From a virus: 64,000 bases of DNA. A model generated the notes under the pieces. That model was not told the DNA's origin and did no database searches. It saw nothing but the letters and a program-made list of their open reading frames with translations. Position 1 is the first letter of the stretch, and every line of letters begins with the position of its first letter. Positions 35,457-44,480 of this stretch are shown one piece after another. A program made the translations under genes and the position numbers. The stretch lies in the IMG/VR virus record IMGVR_UViG_3300028840_003851. One strand, 5' to 3'.

Positions 35457-36757
35457 GAGCTCAGGAGCCTTCATCCTACTCTAGGTGGGCTCCTGCTATG
35501 GGTAGGAGGGCGGCTGCAGGGTTCGTCCTCCGAAACCTATTCCTCAGTAAACGTCCCCTCACTAGAACGTACCTAAAAGAGAATACTCCAGCCACCATGT
35601 TCGAGACAGATGACGCTATATGCTGGCTGGAGGATGAGGGGCACATAGTGAGGGACGTTAATAGGGGATACCAGCTAGAGCCTACTGGCCGTAAGATGGC
35701 TGCGCGCGTCGCAGGTAAGCACTTCCACTGTTGGTTAGTTCTCTATCGCGTGCTGGACAAGGGCACGGATAGAAACCCCTACTACATGTGCATGTGTGTT
35801 TGCGGTAATGAGCACGCTATCTGCGGAACCTCGTTACGTAATGAGCACACCAAGTCATGCGGGTGCAAAAAAGCGAGGTACCTGCGCAAGGCGAATAGAA
35901 AGCATGGAGGGGCGTATGCAGACGCCAAGACGATAGAGTACATGTCTTGGAGAACCATGCGACAAAGAGCAGCAGAGAGAGGAGAGAGCATCGTCCCAGA
36001 GTGGGAGCACTACATCAACTTCAAACGGGACATGTGCCCAGGAGGAAAGAAGCCACCCAGAGGCTGGATGTTTCGTCTAAGGGAAGACCTTCCCTGGGGG
36101 CCATCTAACACAATCTGGGTAAAGAGAGAGCACCTAGGTAGCAGCAAGGATAGATACCCACTTAAGAGAAGAAGATACTACTGGTGGACGGTGCTGTCAG
36201 GGCCTCTTCGCAGCGGTATGTGCTGGTGCTACTGCTCATGCGGAACCATACAGGCCGTTCGCGCGGCAGACCTGAGAGAGGGCAAAAGGAAGCATTGCGA
36301 CAACCCCGTATCTATCCACAAGAAGAAGCACAACAACCACAAGGAGCTAGCTAATGTAGCGTATGATTACGGCACATCGGAAGAGCACGTTGGCCTACGT
36401 CTGCTACCCCATGTAATCGGCGAAACGACGTGGGGAGAGCTGGTAGAGCGCTCTGGGGTTCCCTACGAGGGTGTTGTAGATGGTGTGATGTGGCTTGTGC
36501 GTAGTGAGCTCGTGTCTCCCACCAAGCTGTACAACGGCATCAGTGCTGTAGAGCTCACAAGCGCAGGAGAGCGCGTGGTAAACACCCAATGGCTTGGACG
36601 AGAGATGTGGGAGTGGAGGATTCTAGGCGTAAGCCCGTTTAAGGAGAAGAGACACATGCTGTGCTTGTGTACCTGCGGGAAGGTAGAGGAGGTGCGCGCT
36701 ACAGACCTTCTGTCTGGACGGGTGCCTGACTGCGGTTGTGGAGGAACATATGGATGA
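35453..36757 (+). CDS. Degenerate HNH-homing-endonuclease-like protein with three CxCxCG modules
   Basis: CMCVCG..SCGC, CYCSCG and CLCTCG..DCGC modules; EYMSWRTMRQR...EW..YINF..DM segment. Confidence 0.6.
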   Translation: MRAQEPSSYSRWAPAMGRRAAAGFVLRNLFLSKRPLTRTYLKENTPATMFETDDAICWLEDEGHIVRDVNRGYQLEPTGRKMAARVAGKHFHCWLVLYRVLDKGTDRNPYYMCMCVCGNEHAICGTSLRNEHTKSCGCKKARYLRKANRKHGGAYADAKTIEYMSWRTMRQRAAERGESIVPEWEHYINFKRDMCPGGKKPPRGWMFRLREDLPWGPSNTIWVKREHLGSSKDRYPLKRRRYYWWTVLSGPLRSGMCWCYCSCGTIQAVRAADLREGKRKHCDNPVSIHKKKHNNHKELANVAYDYGTSEEHVGLRLLPHVIGETTWGELVERSGVPYEGVVDGVMWLVRSELVSPTKLYNGISAVELTSAGERVVNTQWLGREMWEWRILGVSPFKEKRHMLCLCTCGKVEEVRATDLLSGRVPDCGCGGTYG

Positions 36758-36941
36758 CCCTTACATGAAGGAGATGCGGGGACTGGTAGCTGCATGGCGC
36801 ACTGCGGCGCAAAGCAATGACGAGCTAGCACGGGCGCTATACCGGTCGGAGCCAAACAGCAGCGACGTGTACAAGGAAGCTGCGGCCACCCTGAATAGCT
36901 GCGCTAGTGCGCTAGAGAGACTATTGAACAAGGAGAGATAA
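36750..36941 (+). CDS. Small hypothetical protein
   Basis: SD GGAGG; 63 aa. Confidence 0.55.
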   Translation: MDDPYMKEMRGLVAAWRTAAQSNDELARALYRSEPNSSDVYKEAAATLNSCASALERLLNKER

Positions 36942-37837
36942 TGAATACGACAGAGATGAAGTACGAGATTTGGCAGTGCCCCGATGGAGAGGAGGCACTG
37001 GCCTTCCTGGAGAGATGCTGCAGGATAGCCTACAGGTCTGAGGACAAGATAGACGACGGGAAGGAGGCGTGCCCCGCGTGCAGGGGGAGGAAGATTCTCT
37101 TCAACAAGCTGGAGTATGACCCCTGCACAGAGTGTAAAGGTACGGGGAAGATACAAGCTAGGGAGTCCTCGGCCTCAAAGCTTTTGAGGTCTGTACTCAA
37201 GGCAGATAAAAGAGACCGCCTAGTAAAGATGGCGGCTAAGCTTCTCACCATGAACGCCGTGTCTGTCGCGCAGGTGGCAGAGGATATTGTAGATAATGTT
37301 CTCCTGTCCATGCAGGGTGACCCACCGCACGAGTCCGTACTGGAGCACATGGTTATATCCGTGTACTTCACAGGCAACCGTGGGTTCACGCACGAGCTAG
37401 TGCGCCACCGCCCCACGTCTTACACACAAGAAAGTACGCGCTACTGCAACTACAACAAAGGCAAGTTCGGTAGTGAGATACGCGTGATAGGGAGAGAGCC
37501 CGAAGAGCTTGGCGGGGATAACCCAGTAGCGGCACAGCGTATGTGGGATAAGTGCCTAGATGTCGTAGAGGAAACGTACCGGTGGCTCACTACCAGTGGC
37601 GTTAAGGCCCAGATGGCTAGAGACGTTCTCCCACAGGTACTGGCTGCTGACATCGTATGCACGGCAAACCTCAGACAGTGGAGACACATCTTTCGCATGC
37701 GCTGCTCTCGCCATGCCCACCCAGACATGCAGACCTTAATGCGCCCTCTGCTTGAGGAGCTTAAGCAGCGCATCCCAATCGTATTCGACGACATCTACCC
37801 TAACGGCTACGGCGATGTGTCGGCTAAAGCTGCTTGA
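36941..37837 (+). CDS. thyX: FAD-dependent thymidylate synthase with zinc-ribbon insert
   Basis: HESVLEH, THELVRHRPTSYTQESTRY, ARDVLP and NLRQWRHIFRMR motifs. Confidence 0.93.
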   Translation: MNTTEMKYEIWQCPDGEEALAFLERCCRIAYRSEDKIDDGKEACPACRGRKILFNKLEYDPCTECKGTGKIQARESSASKLLRSVLKADKRDRLVKMAAKLLTMNAVSVAQVAEDIVDNVLLSMQGDPPHESVLEHMVISVYFTGNRGFTHELVRHRPTSYTQESTRYCNYNKGKFGSEIRVIGREPEELGGDNPVAAQRMWDKCLDVVEETYRWLTTSGVKAQMARDVLPQVLAADIVCTANLRQWRHIFRMRCSRHAHPDMQTLMRPLLEELKQRIPIVFDDIYPNGYGDVSAKAA

Positions 37838-37975
37838 GGAGAGAAGAAAGAAGCTCAAAAGAAAACGAAGAAAGAAGCGCAGGAAGAAGCTTAAAAGAGT
37901 GGCGGCAGAGACTAGGTCTCTGCCCCCGCCACCGAGCTAGATACTGTGCGCACCCCTGTATAGAGGAGAATAAGA

Positions 37976-38221
37976 ATGGGAGCTAGCATGGACATCTTCG
38001 GCGTCCTCTCAGGAAGGATAGCCGTTGCGGCAGACCAGGAAGCAAACCTGGTGGTTACCTGGAACGAGTCAATGACCTTTCAAACGTGGTTTGAGTCAGC
38101 TCCAGGTCTGTTTGAGGAGAAGGGCATCTTCACCCACAAGCGCCCTGTAGAAGGATTAGAGGAGGCGAAACGGATGGCTCGAGAGTGGATAGAAGCATTC
38201 AGGATGGAGATAGGTCTATGA
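37976..38221 (+). CDS. Hypothetical protein
   Basis: 81 aa; preceded by ATAAGAATG. Confidence 0.6.
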   Translation: MGASMDIFGVLSGRIAVAADQEANLVVTWNESMTFQTWFESAPGLFEEKGIFTHKRPVEGLEEAKRMAREWIEAFRMEIGL

Positions 38222-38799
38222 GGCTATTGGTTGATGTAGACAACGTACTAGCTGACTTCGGTTCGGAGTTCGAGAGGGTGCTCCGAGATAGAGGGGCGTA
38301 CATCCCTACAAAGCTAAAATCGAGCTACTACCTTGAGGAGGCTTACAGCCTTCCTAGAGCAGTGGTAGCGGCAGCTATCCGCGACATGGACGCGTCAAAG
38401 ATACCAATAGTGAAAGGAGCTAAAGACTTCATAGATAGAGCTTTGACCTTGGAGTACAACGTGTACTTTGTAACGTCCTACCCTGCCGTAGAGGGTCTAC
38501 CTGTGTATGGTTGGCGGGACAAAAGGGACGAGTGGCTACAGGAGCACTTCGGTGAGCTAGGCAAGAACGTCGTGCACACCGGCCACAAGTACCTGTGCGA
38601 TGGAGACGTGTTCATAGACGATAAGCCGTCCAACGTCTTCACGTGGGCAAAGCATCACAGGGATAAACGAGCTCTTCTGTGGAGCCAATTTCACAATCTA
38701 AAGGAGTCTCTGCCTCTCCTCCCTAAGCTATTCAGAGTAGGCTCCTTCAGTGCTGCTGAGATGCACCTAGTCATGGAGAAGAGCCATGCCGAGGGCTAA
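38218..38799 (+). CDS. 5'(3')-deoxyribonucleotidase (HAD family)
   Basis: VDVDNVLADF and FIDDKP motifs. Confidence 0.85.
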   Translation: MRLLVDVDNVLADFGSEFERVLRDRGAYIPTKLKSSYYLEEAYSLPRAVVAAAIRDMDASKIPIVKGAKDFIDRALTLEYNVYFVTSYPAVEGLPVYGWRDKRDEWLQEHFGELGKNVVHTGHKYLCDGDVFIDDKPSNVFTWAKHHRDKRALLWSQFHNLKESLPLLPKLFRVGSFSAAEMHLVMEKSHAEG

Positions 38800-39268
38800 G
38801 GGTGCTGGAGAGGTACAGCAGCACGAGCTAAACCTTGAGGTGGCAAGGAGGACAGGAGTCAAGCTGACCGTAGTGCGTACCGTAACCGCAGCCTTCGTAG
38901 AGGCACTGAAAAGAGCTCTCATAGAGAAGGGGTCTGCTACGGTGCGCAACCTAGGTAGATTCCGGCTAGTAACGGAGAGAAGAATATCCGACTCCGACCG
39001 GAATATGCCTGCCCACATCACCGCCGAGAAGCTACGATGTAGAGTGTTCTTTGCGAAAGGATTGCCTTTCAAGAAGCAGATACACAGCTTTTTAAAGGAA
39101 GGAATGGCCATGGACAAGTACGGCGTGGACGAAGGGATAGAGCAGGAGAAGATGGAGAAGGCAGCATCCGAGGGTTGCCCGGAATGCGGGAGGGAGCTAG
39201 TCAAGCATGGCTCCATCCTGCTATGCCCGACCCACGGCTCTGAGCCGTTCGAGAAGAAAAAGAAGTAA
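38786..39268 (+). CDS. HU/IHF-like DNA-binding protein with C-terminal zinc ribbon
   Basis: HU-like fold pattern (EVARRTG...FVEALKRAL..GSATVRNLGRF...RVFFAKG); CPECG..CPTHG. Confidence 0.7.
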   Translation: MPRAKGAGEVQQHELNLEVARRTGVKLTVVRTVTAAFVEALKRALIEKGSATVRNLGRFRLVTERRISDSDRNMPAHITAEKLRCRVFFAKGLPFKKQIHSFLKEGMAMDKYGVDEGIEQEKMEKAASEGCPECGRELVKHGSILLCPTHGSEPFEKKKK

Positions 39269-39328
39269 CTGTAGTTTTGCAGAGTACAGGGCGGCCAGTC
39301 GGTCGCCCTTACTGTTACTAGAGGGAGC

Positions 39329-40537
39329 ATGGCTAAAGCAAAGAAGAGAGCGAGTAAGAAGGAAAGTCTAGCGCTTGTGTGCGCTAGGATTAACTCTAAG
39401 TACAAGCACCCCGTAATGTGTATGGCTGACGAGCTGCCAGACACCACGACGTTGCGTAGGCCCAGTGGCATAATGGAGCTAGACATACACACCGGAGGTG
39501 GGTTCCCTGGTGGAGCTGTGACCGTGGTAGCAGGGAAGGACCAGTCTGGAAAGAGCGAGCTCTGTGCCTACTGTGTGGAGATGGTGCAGCGTCTCTACAA
39601 GAAGGACACCAGAGTGGCAATCTTCGCTACGGAGGGAGGATTGGACGTAGACCGCCTACGTGACGTGGGAGTCAAGATACGCTTGTCCCCCGAGGAGGTG
39701 GCGCGCAAGAACTTTGCTAGAGCTGCCGCTGGGGTGCCGCCGCTAACCAAGGAGGAGATAGGAGAAACCGTAGGGGAGATATACGCTGGAAGGGCTCCTT
39801 CAGGAGACGAGACACTAGAGGAGATTCTGAGTCTGATAGGGGAGAACATATGCCAGCTTATAATCGTAGATTCAGTTACAACGCTGTTTCCTATGGCTAA
39901 CCTTGGCAAGTCCCTCACAGACTCGGAGAAGATGGCGGCACACGCCACCATGATAACAAGGTTCTCTAACCGTATTGGAGAGCTCATGAGCGCTGTGCGT
40001 GGTAACAACGCTACTACGGTAATCCTCACGCAACAGATGCGAGCTAACCAGGATAAAGCAAACGCCCCTACATACATGCAGAAGTCCCTTCCGAACGAGA
40101 AACCAGCAGGCGCTCACGCGTTCAAGCATATCGCCACAGTCCGTCTGCTTCTAAGCGAAGGAAGCAGGATAAAGAAGACCATTAAAGGTGACAAGGTCGT
40201 GGTCGGAAAGACGCTAAAGTGGTACGTAGACAAGGGCAAGAAGGGAACATACAACCATAGAACCGGAGACGCCCCATTCTACTACGGAGGGTACGGGTTC
40301 CGTACAGGAGTAGATAGAATAGGAAGCGTCATAGTGTCCGGTATCCGCAGAGGAGTTCTAGCAGAGAAGCCGGACGGGGTGTACCTAAACACCGTAAATG
40401 GCTCCGTGCTAGCTGCAGACAACCTAGTGGAGCTGCGTAGCAAGATAGAGCAAGACCTAGAGCTTGAGCTATCAATACGATACGCCATTCAAGCAAGCAC
40501 CGGAGACTACCGGGTGTACAGGGAGCAAGACGCGTGA
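39329..40537 (+). CDS. recA: RecA/UvsX recombinase
   Basis: SGIMELDIHTGGGFPGG, AGKDQSGKS, IIVDSV, TQQMR and AGAHAFKH motifs. Confidence 0.88.
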   Translation: MAKAKKRASKKESLALVCARINSKYKHPVMCMADELPDTTTLRRPSGIMELDIHTGGGFPGGAVTVVAGKDQSGKSELCAYCVEMVQRLYKKDTRVAIFATEGGLDVDRLRDVGVKIRLSPEEVARKNFARAAAGVPPLTKEEIGETVGEIYAGRAPSGDETLEEILSLIGENICQLIIVDSVTTLFPMANLGKSLTDSEKMAAHATMITRFSNRIGELMSAVRGNNATTVILTQQMRANQDKANAPTYMQKSLPNEKPAGAHAFKHIATVRLLLSEGSRIKKTIKGDKVVVGKTLKWYVDKGKKGTYNHRTGDAPFYYGGYGFRTGVDRIGSVIVSGIRRGVLAEKPDGVYLNTVNGSVLAADNLVELRSKIEQDLELELSIRYAIQASTGDYRVYREQDA

Positions 40538-40884
40538 ATCCTAAAAGCAGAAGACGCGCATCTAAGAAGCAGGAGATAAAGCTAGCAGAAGCCGTAGGAG
40601 GAAGAGTACAGCCCGGCTCAGGGTGCGTACCCGGCTGCAAAGGAGATTTTAGGGTACCAGGTAGACTGCTAGGAGAGGCTAAGTACACAACAAAGAAGAG
40701 CTACTCAATAAAGCTTCATGACCTATTGAAGCTTAAAGCAGAGTGCCAAGGACTAGAGCAGCCAGTGTTAGCCCTGGAGTTTAAGGACGACAGCCTTAGA
40801 ACGTTGGCTAAATACGTCATCATCCCTCAGGTTTACTGGGAGGAGCTGATAGAGGAGAAAGATGGAGAAGCTGACGAAGATTGA
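40534..40884 (+). CDS. PD-(D/E)xK nuclease, Holliday-junction-resolvase-like
   Basis: QE..LA...GG..QPGSG...KGD...GEAK motif. Confidence 0.7.
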   Translation: MNPKSRRRASKKQEIKLAEAVGGRVQPGSGCVPGCKGDFRVPGRLLGEAKYTTKKSYSIKLHDLLKLKAECQGLEQPVLALEFKDDSLRTLAKYVIIPQVYWEELIEEKDGEADED

Positions 40885-41680
40885 GCATCTAGAGTCTATT
40901 AGCGCGGAAACGAGGATGCGGTACTTGAAGAAGGTCGACAGCCTACGGTTCAAGTACATGCGGCTCATAGAGGGGAGAACCGGTGATGTTAGGTATGATG
41001 TGCATATAGGCGGAGGTGAGCACCGAGCAGGAGGCGTGCATGCTTCCGAGGTTGGTGGGTGCCTGCGCGCGCTTACCTACGCAATCAGCTCCACAGAAAG
41101 GATACCTGGCAAGAGCAACTGCAACATGCTCATGCGATTTGCGGTAGGTCACGCGCTCCACTCTATGCTCCAGCATGACTTCCACACAATGTGCAAGGAG
41201 GATGACGAGATAGGGTTTGAGGATGAGGTGAACATAGACCCATCTATCGGAGGACCCGCAGGAACGTGGAACATACACTCCCACTGCGACGGGGTGTTCA
41301 CATTCTTCGAGAAAGGAGAGCCGTACCTGAGAGTGGGTCTAGAGATAAAGACCGCTTCGGACAAGGACTATTCCGTGACTAATGAGCCTAAGACGAAGCA
41401 CAGAGAGCAGACATGCGTGTACATGAGCTGCCTAGACCTGCCCCTAATGTGGGTACTCTACTACAACAAGAGCAACAGCAACTTTACAGGTCCTCACGCA
41501 CCTTGGTTGTACAAGTTCGACGCGCACCTGTGGCGTAAGCTAGAGAAGAGAATGTCATCAGCCACTATTCATTCTATCCGTGAGAGCCTGCCGGCAAGGG
41601 ATGAAGGGTTTGAGTGCAGCTGGTGCCCCTTCTCTTGGACGTGTGACCCGATGAGGTTGAGGAGGGTACATGCTAGATAA
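40862..41680 (+). CDS. Cas4/RecB-like PD-(D/E)xK exonuclease
   Basis: HASEVGGCLR, G..LH, HCDG, EIKT, Q..VY and CSWCPFSWTC motifs. Confidence 0.8.
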   Translation: MEKLTKIEHLESISAETRMRYLKKVDSLRFKYMRLIEGRTGDVRYDVHIGGGEHRAGGVHASEVGGCLRALTYAISSTERIPGKSNCNMLMRFAVGHALHSMLQHDFHTMCKEDDEIGFEDEVNIDPSIGGPAGTWNIHSHCDGVFTFFEKGEPYLRVGLEIKTASDKDYSVTNEPKTKHREQTCVYMSCLDLPLMWVLYYNKSNSNFTGPHAPWLYKFDAHLWRKLEKRMSSATIHSIRESLPARDEGFECSWCPFSWTCDPMRLRRVHAR

Positions 41681-42224
41681 GGAGACAGCGGAGAGTATTG
41701 CAGAGTTCTGGGACATCGCTGATGAGATAGAAAGTGAGCTATTTGAGCAAGGGTTCAAACCTTTCCCGATGCCCAGCGTAAACGCTCCCATAGTCACATC
41801 AGACATCCTAACAACCCTAAATGACAGGGAGTACACAGCCAATTTCGCATCCATAACACAGTGGCATGCGTATACCTCAACACAGCTAGCAAGAGTTAAG
41901 GTCAGACTCTACGGGATTCAAAATGCCATGAAGCACATGGAGACCGCCATCCATGAGCTAGAGCGCGCGGCTGCAGCAGACCTAGGGTCCAAGAAGCCTA
42001 CAGCACTAGAGCTGAAGGAAGCCGTGCTGCGAGACCCTGCATACCTGAAGCAGCGGCGAAAAGAGCAGGCAGCCCTGAGCCAGAAGGAGTACCTCGAGAA
42101 CTACGTGAAGATTCTAGAGAAGGCTGGAGGAGTGTTCTCTCGACAAGTGGAGATACGAAGGCAAGAAAGAGAGCAACAGCGAGTAGACGCTAACATGCCT
42201 TTAAGGGGCGGGTACCGTAGATGA
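41670..42224 (+). CDS. Coiled-coil protein, possibly a recombination mediator
   Basis: Helical sequence located among recombination genes. Confidence 0.55.
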   Translation: MLDKETAESIAEFWDIADEIESELFEQGFKPFPMPSVNAPIVTSDILTTLNDREYTANFASITQWHAYTSTQLARVKVRLYGIQNAMKHMETAIHELERAAAADLGSKKPTALELKEAVLRDPAYLKQRRKEQAALSQKEYLENYVKILEKAGGVFSRQVEIRRQEREQQRVDANMPLRGGYRR

Positions 42225-42811
42225 TTCACATCATCCTGCCGTACCTACCCCCTACTACTAACAACGCCTACATCACCAAAAAGAAGAGGTCAGGGGGGAA
42301 AATAGTAACGTTCCGCACGCTGTCAAAGGACGGCGCGCTTTTCAAGAGCTCGGCTACCGTAACCCTCCTATCGGGGGGTCTAGTACACATGAGAGGAAGG
42401 AAGGACAGAGCGTACGGGCTTGCGCTACTGTTTGTGTTCGAGAGCATCTACAATAGCGGATGGCCAGGAAGGACAAAAAACAGGTATAAGCGAACCGACG
42501 TCACCAATAGAGTCAAGCTTCTAGAGGATTGCGTGGCGTCTGCATCAGGAGTAGACGATAGTCAGTACTTCCCTATACTGTTGAGCAAGACAGAGGGAGA
42601 CAAGGAGTGTACGCACGTGTGGATATGGGATACAGAGGAGGAGCCTGATGGGGCCAGAAAAGCTCTACGAGCTGTTGACGCAGTGCAACATTACGGAGCT
42701 CTACCAGAGAGTGAGCCAAGCGGGAATCAGGGCGCACCCCCTGTCCACGAAGGAGGAGCTAGTGGACATGCTCCTGACCGGAAAGGCAGGAGCGGTAAAC
42801 CCCCTCGATGA
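42221..42811 (+). CDS. RusA-like Holliday junction resolvase
   Basis: LPPTTNNAY and DVTNRVKLLEDC...GVDDSQ motifs. Confidence 0.75.
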   Translation: MIHIILPYLPPTTNNAYITKKKRSGGKIVTFRTLSKDGALFKSSATVTLLSGGLVHMRGRKDRAYGLALLFVFESIYNSGWPGRTKNRYKRTDVTNRVKLLEDCVASASGVDDSQYFPILLSKTEGDKECTHVWIWDTEEEPDGARKALRAVDAVQHYGALPESEPSGNQGAPPVHEGGASGHAPDRKGRSGKPPR

Positions 42812-43013
42812 GTGGAGAACGAACATCATGCTGTTCGTTCTCCATCACTGGGAGAAGCTAAGACCGCAGCTCGGCGGGTGTGCTGCTAGTACTAGAAGAC
42901 CAGACGCCTGCTTTTACTGCACCGACATGCAGGTAATTGCCTGCCTAGCCATCGAGAACGAGAACAACATAGAGGAGATAAGAAAGCATGGAACCCACAA
43001 AGATGACGGTTGA
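42648..43013 (+). CDS. Hypothetical protein with Rho-N/SAP-like helical motif and Cys cluster
   Basis: NITELYQRVSQAGI...TKEELVDML; C..C..C in the C-terminal half. Confidence 0.55.
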   Translation: MGPEKLYELLTQCNITELYQRVSQAGIRAHPLSTKEELVDMLLTGKAGAVNPLDEWRTNIMLFVLHHWEKLRPQLGGCAASTRRPDACFYCTDMQVIACLAIENENNIEEIRKHGTHKDDG

Positions 43014-43770
43014 GACCATCCCGCGAGACCTTCAGAAGCTCATCGGCGTTCAGCCATACATCAGAGGTCGAATAGCCGGCAAGATTGGAATGTTCGGTAA
43101 GGGGGACGATAAGGAGTCCCAGATGGAGATGTACCTTGCATTCTTGGCTATGAAGGACAAGGAGCAGTCAGAGGAGCTGCTAAGAGCTCTGAATGAGTAC
43201 GACGCGGGGAAGGATGTGACGATGATGGAGTACGTGGAGCAAGAGCCTGCTAAGGTCCCCACTGCTCCCTCAGCCCCTAAGATGGCAGAGGAGAAGAAAG
43301 AAGAGCCCGCAAAAGAGCCACAGAAGAAACCGACGCAAAGCGATGAGCAGAAGCCAGCAAAGACTAGAACTAAGAGAGGCAAGGCAAACGGAAAAAGCGC
43401 TGAGCCAGTGGACCTATCCCCGCCTAAGCTTCCTCCTGGGTTCCCCACAAGCTTGCCGGAGGGGCCCGCAGACAGGCCCAAGAAGAGCTCCCCAACCCCG
43501 GGGGTGTCTCCCTCAATGATATCAGACCTCGTTGAGGAGGTGCGTAGATGCAATGAGCGGGTAGAGGAGCTCTCTGCAAAGACAGAGGAGATTAAATCCG
43601 TAGCGGGCAGCAGCATGGCCCTTCTTATGTGGACGTACTTGTCCCTGTTCAGCAACAACGAGAAGGTAAGCGTAAGCTACCTTGTTGAGTGCATAAAGGG
43701 AGTGATAGGAAGAGGGGAGCTAGAAGCCTTCATTGAGGGCACTAGAAACCACAAGCCCTCGGGAAAATAA
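42988..43770 (+). CDS. Hypothetical protein with P/K/E-rich linker; candidate -1 frameshift extension to 43964
   Basis: 260 aa; ends at slippery site G GGA AAA TAA. Confidence 0.75.
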   Translation: MEPTKMTVETIPRDLQKLIGVQPYIRGRIAGKIGMFGKGDDKESQMEMYLAFLAMKDKEQSEELLRALNEYDAGKDVTMMEYVEQEPAKVPTAPSAPKMAEEKKEEPAKEPQKKPTQSDEQKPAKTRTKRGKANGKSAEPVDLSPPKLPPGFPTSLPEGPADRPKKSSPTPGVSPSMISDLVEEVRRCNERVEELSAKTEEIKSVAGSSMALLMWTYLSLFSNNEKVSVSYLVECIKGVIGRGELEAFIEGTRNHKPSGK

Positions 43771-43804
43771 TTGCGCCCCCCTGGCCTGGGTGCACGGCTC
43801 CAGG
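43761..43804 (+). promoter_or_regulatory. Candidate -1 programmed ribosomal frameshift signal
   Basis: In-frame G GGA AAA heptamer (43761-67); stem 43772-78/43788-94; loop CCTGG pairs with CCAGG (43800-04). Confidence 0.7.
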
Positions 43805-43951
43805 AGACGACGACCTTATTACTGCTACCAAGGACGTAGACTCCATGAACAGCGAGGAGCTGAGCGCCCTGGCCAGAGAGCTGGGGCTCATCACCAACGA
43901 CAAGCCTCCCATAGAGGTGGTAAGAAGGAGACTGAGAGAGGCGGTAATAGA

Positions 43952-44266
43952 ATGGGAGAGGTAGCACAATCCAGCAGCTCTGAGCTCAAAGAGGCTGCAC
44001 AGACGGAGACATGGAGGTACGGTAGATACCCTATACCGCCTGCAGAGCAGCTGTGTCCTGGGGAGCCTGAGTGGGAGCCTGGCACATCATGGTGGATGTG
44101 CCCAAGATGCGGGCATGTTGGCCGCGCTCCGTACTTCGGGCATTACGCCGCTAGAGAGCCCGTCCCGCGTAGGACGGAGAAGAAGGGATGGGGAAGAGTC
44201 GCGATGGCCGTGGCGCCATTGATAGCGGCGTTAGCAAGCCTGCTTACACTAGCGCGTAGAGGATAG
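43952..44266 (+). CDS. Small protein with CxxC and C-terminal membrane anchor
   Basis: CPRCG motif and hydrophobic C-terminus; ATG 43952 preferred over the track start. Confidence 0.5.
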   Translation: MGEVAQSSSSELKEAAQTETWRYGRYPIPPAEQLCPGEPEWEPGTSWWMCPRCGHVGRAPYFGHYAAREPVPRRTEKKGWGRVAMAVAPLIAALASLLTLARRG

Positions 44267-44270
44267 CTTT

Positions 44271-44299
44271 AAGGCGGGCTCACCCCCGCCTTTCTTTAG
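44271..44299 (+). terminator. Terminator ending the replication operon
   Basis: AAGGCGGG-N6-CCCGCCTT followed by TCTTTAG. Confidence 0.7.
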
Positions 44300-44480
44300 C
44301 TACAGAAACCACACGGGGGCTGGACCTGTTCGCATCTGACTGCTGGATGGTAGGTGATGGAAGGTCCTCCGGAGGCTCTACGAGCTCCTCCTCTGCCTCT
44401 AGAGGTCCTAAGCCGCGGCTAACCGTGAGACGCCCTAGGCCGAGCCTAAACCCCCTGGACTGGAACCCTAGAGAGCTCAT
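44280..44480 (-). CDS. Small hypothetical protein
   Basis: ATGA overlap with the upstream virion gene. Confidence 0.45.
   Translation of the reverse strand: MSSLGFQSRGFRLGLGRLTVSRGLGPLEAEEELVEPPEDLPSPTIQQSDANRSSPRVVSVAKERRG

Noticed and set aside
43733-43951. 5' extension of the 177-aa track ORF
   Set aside because: It overlaps the frameshift signal and the -1-frame product; ATG 43952 is the more plausible start.
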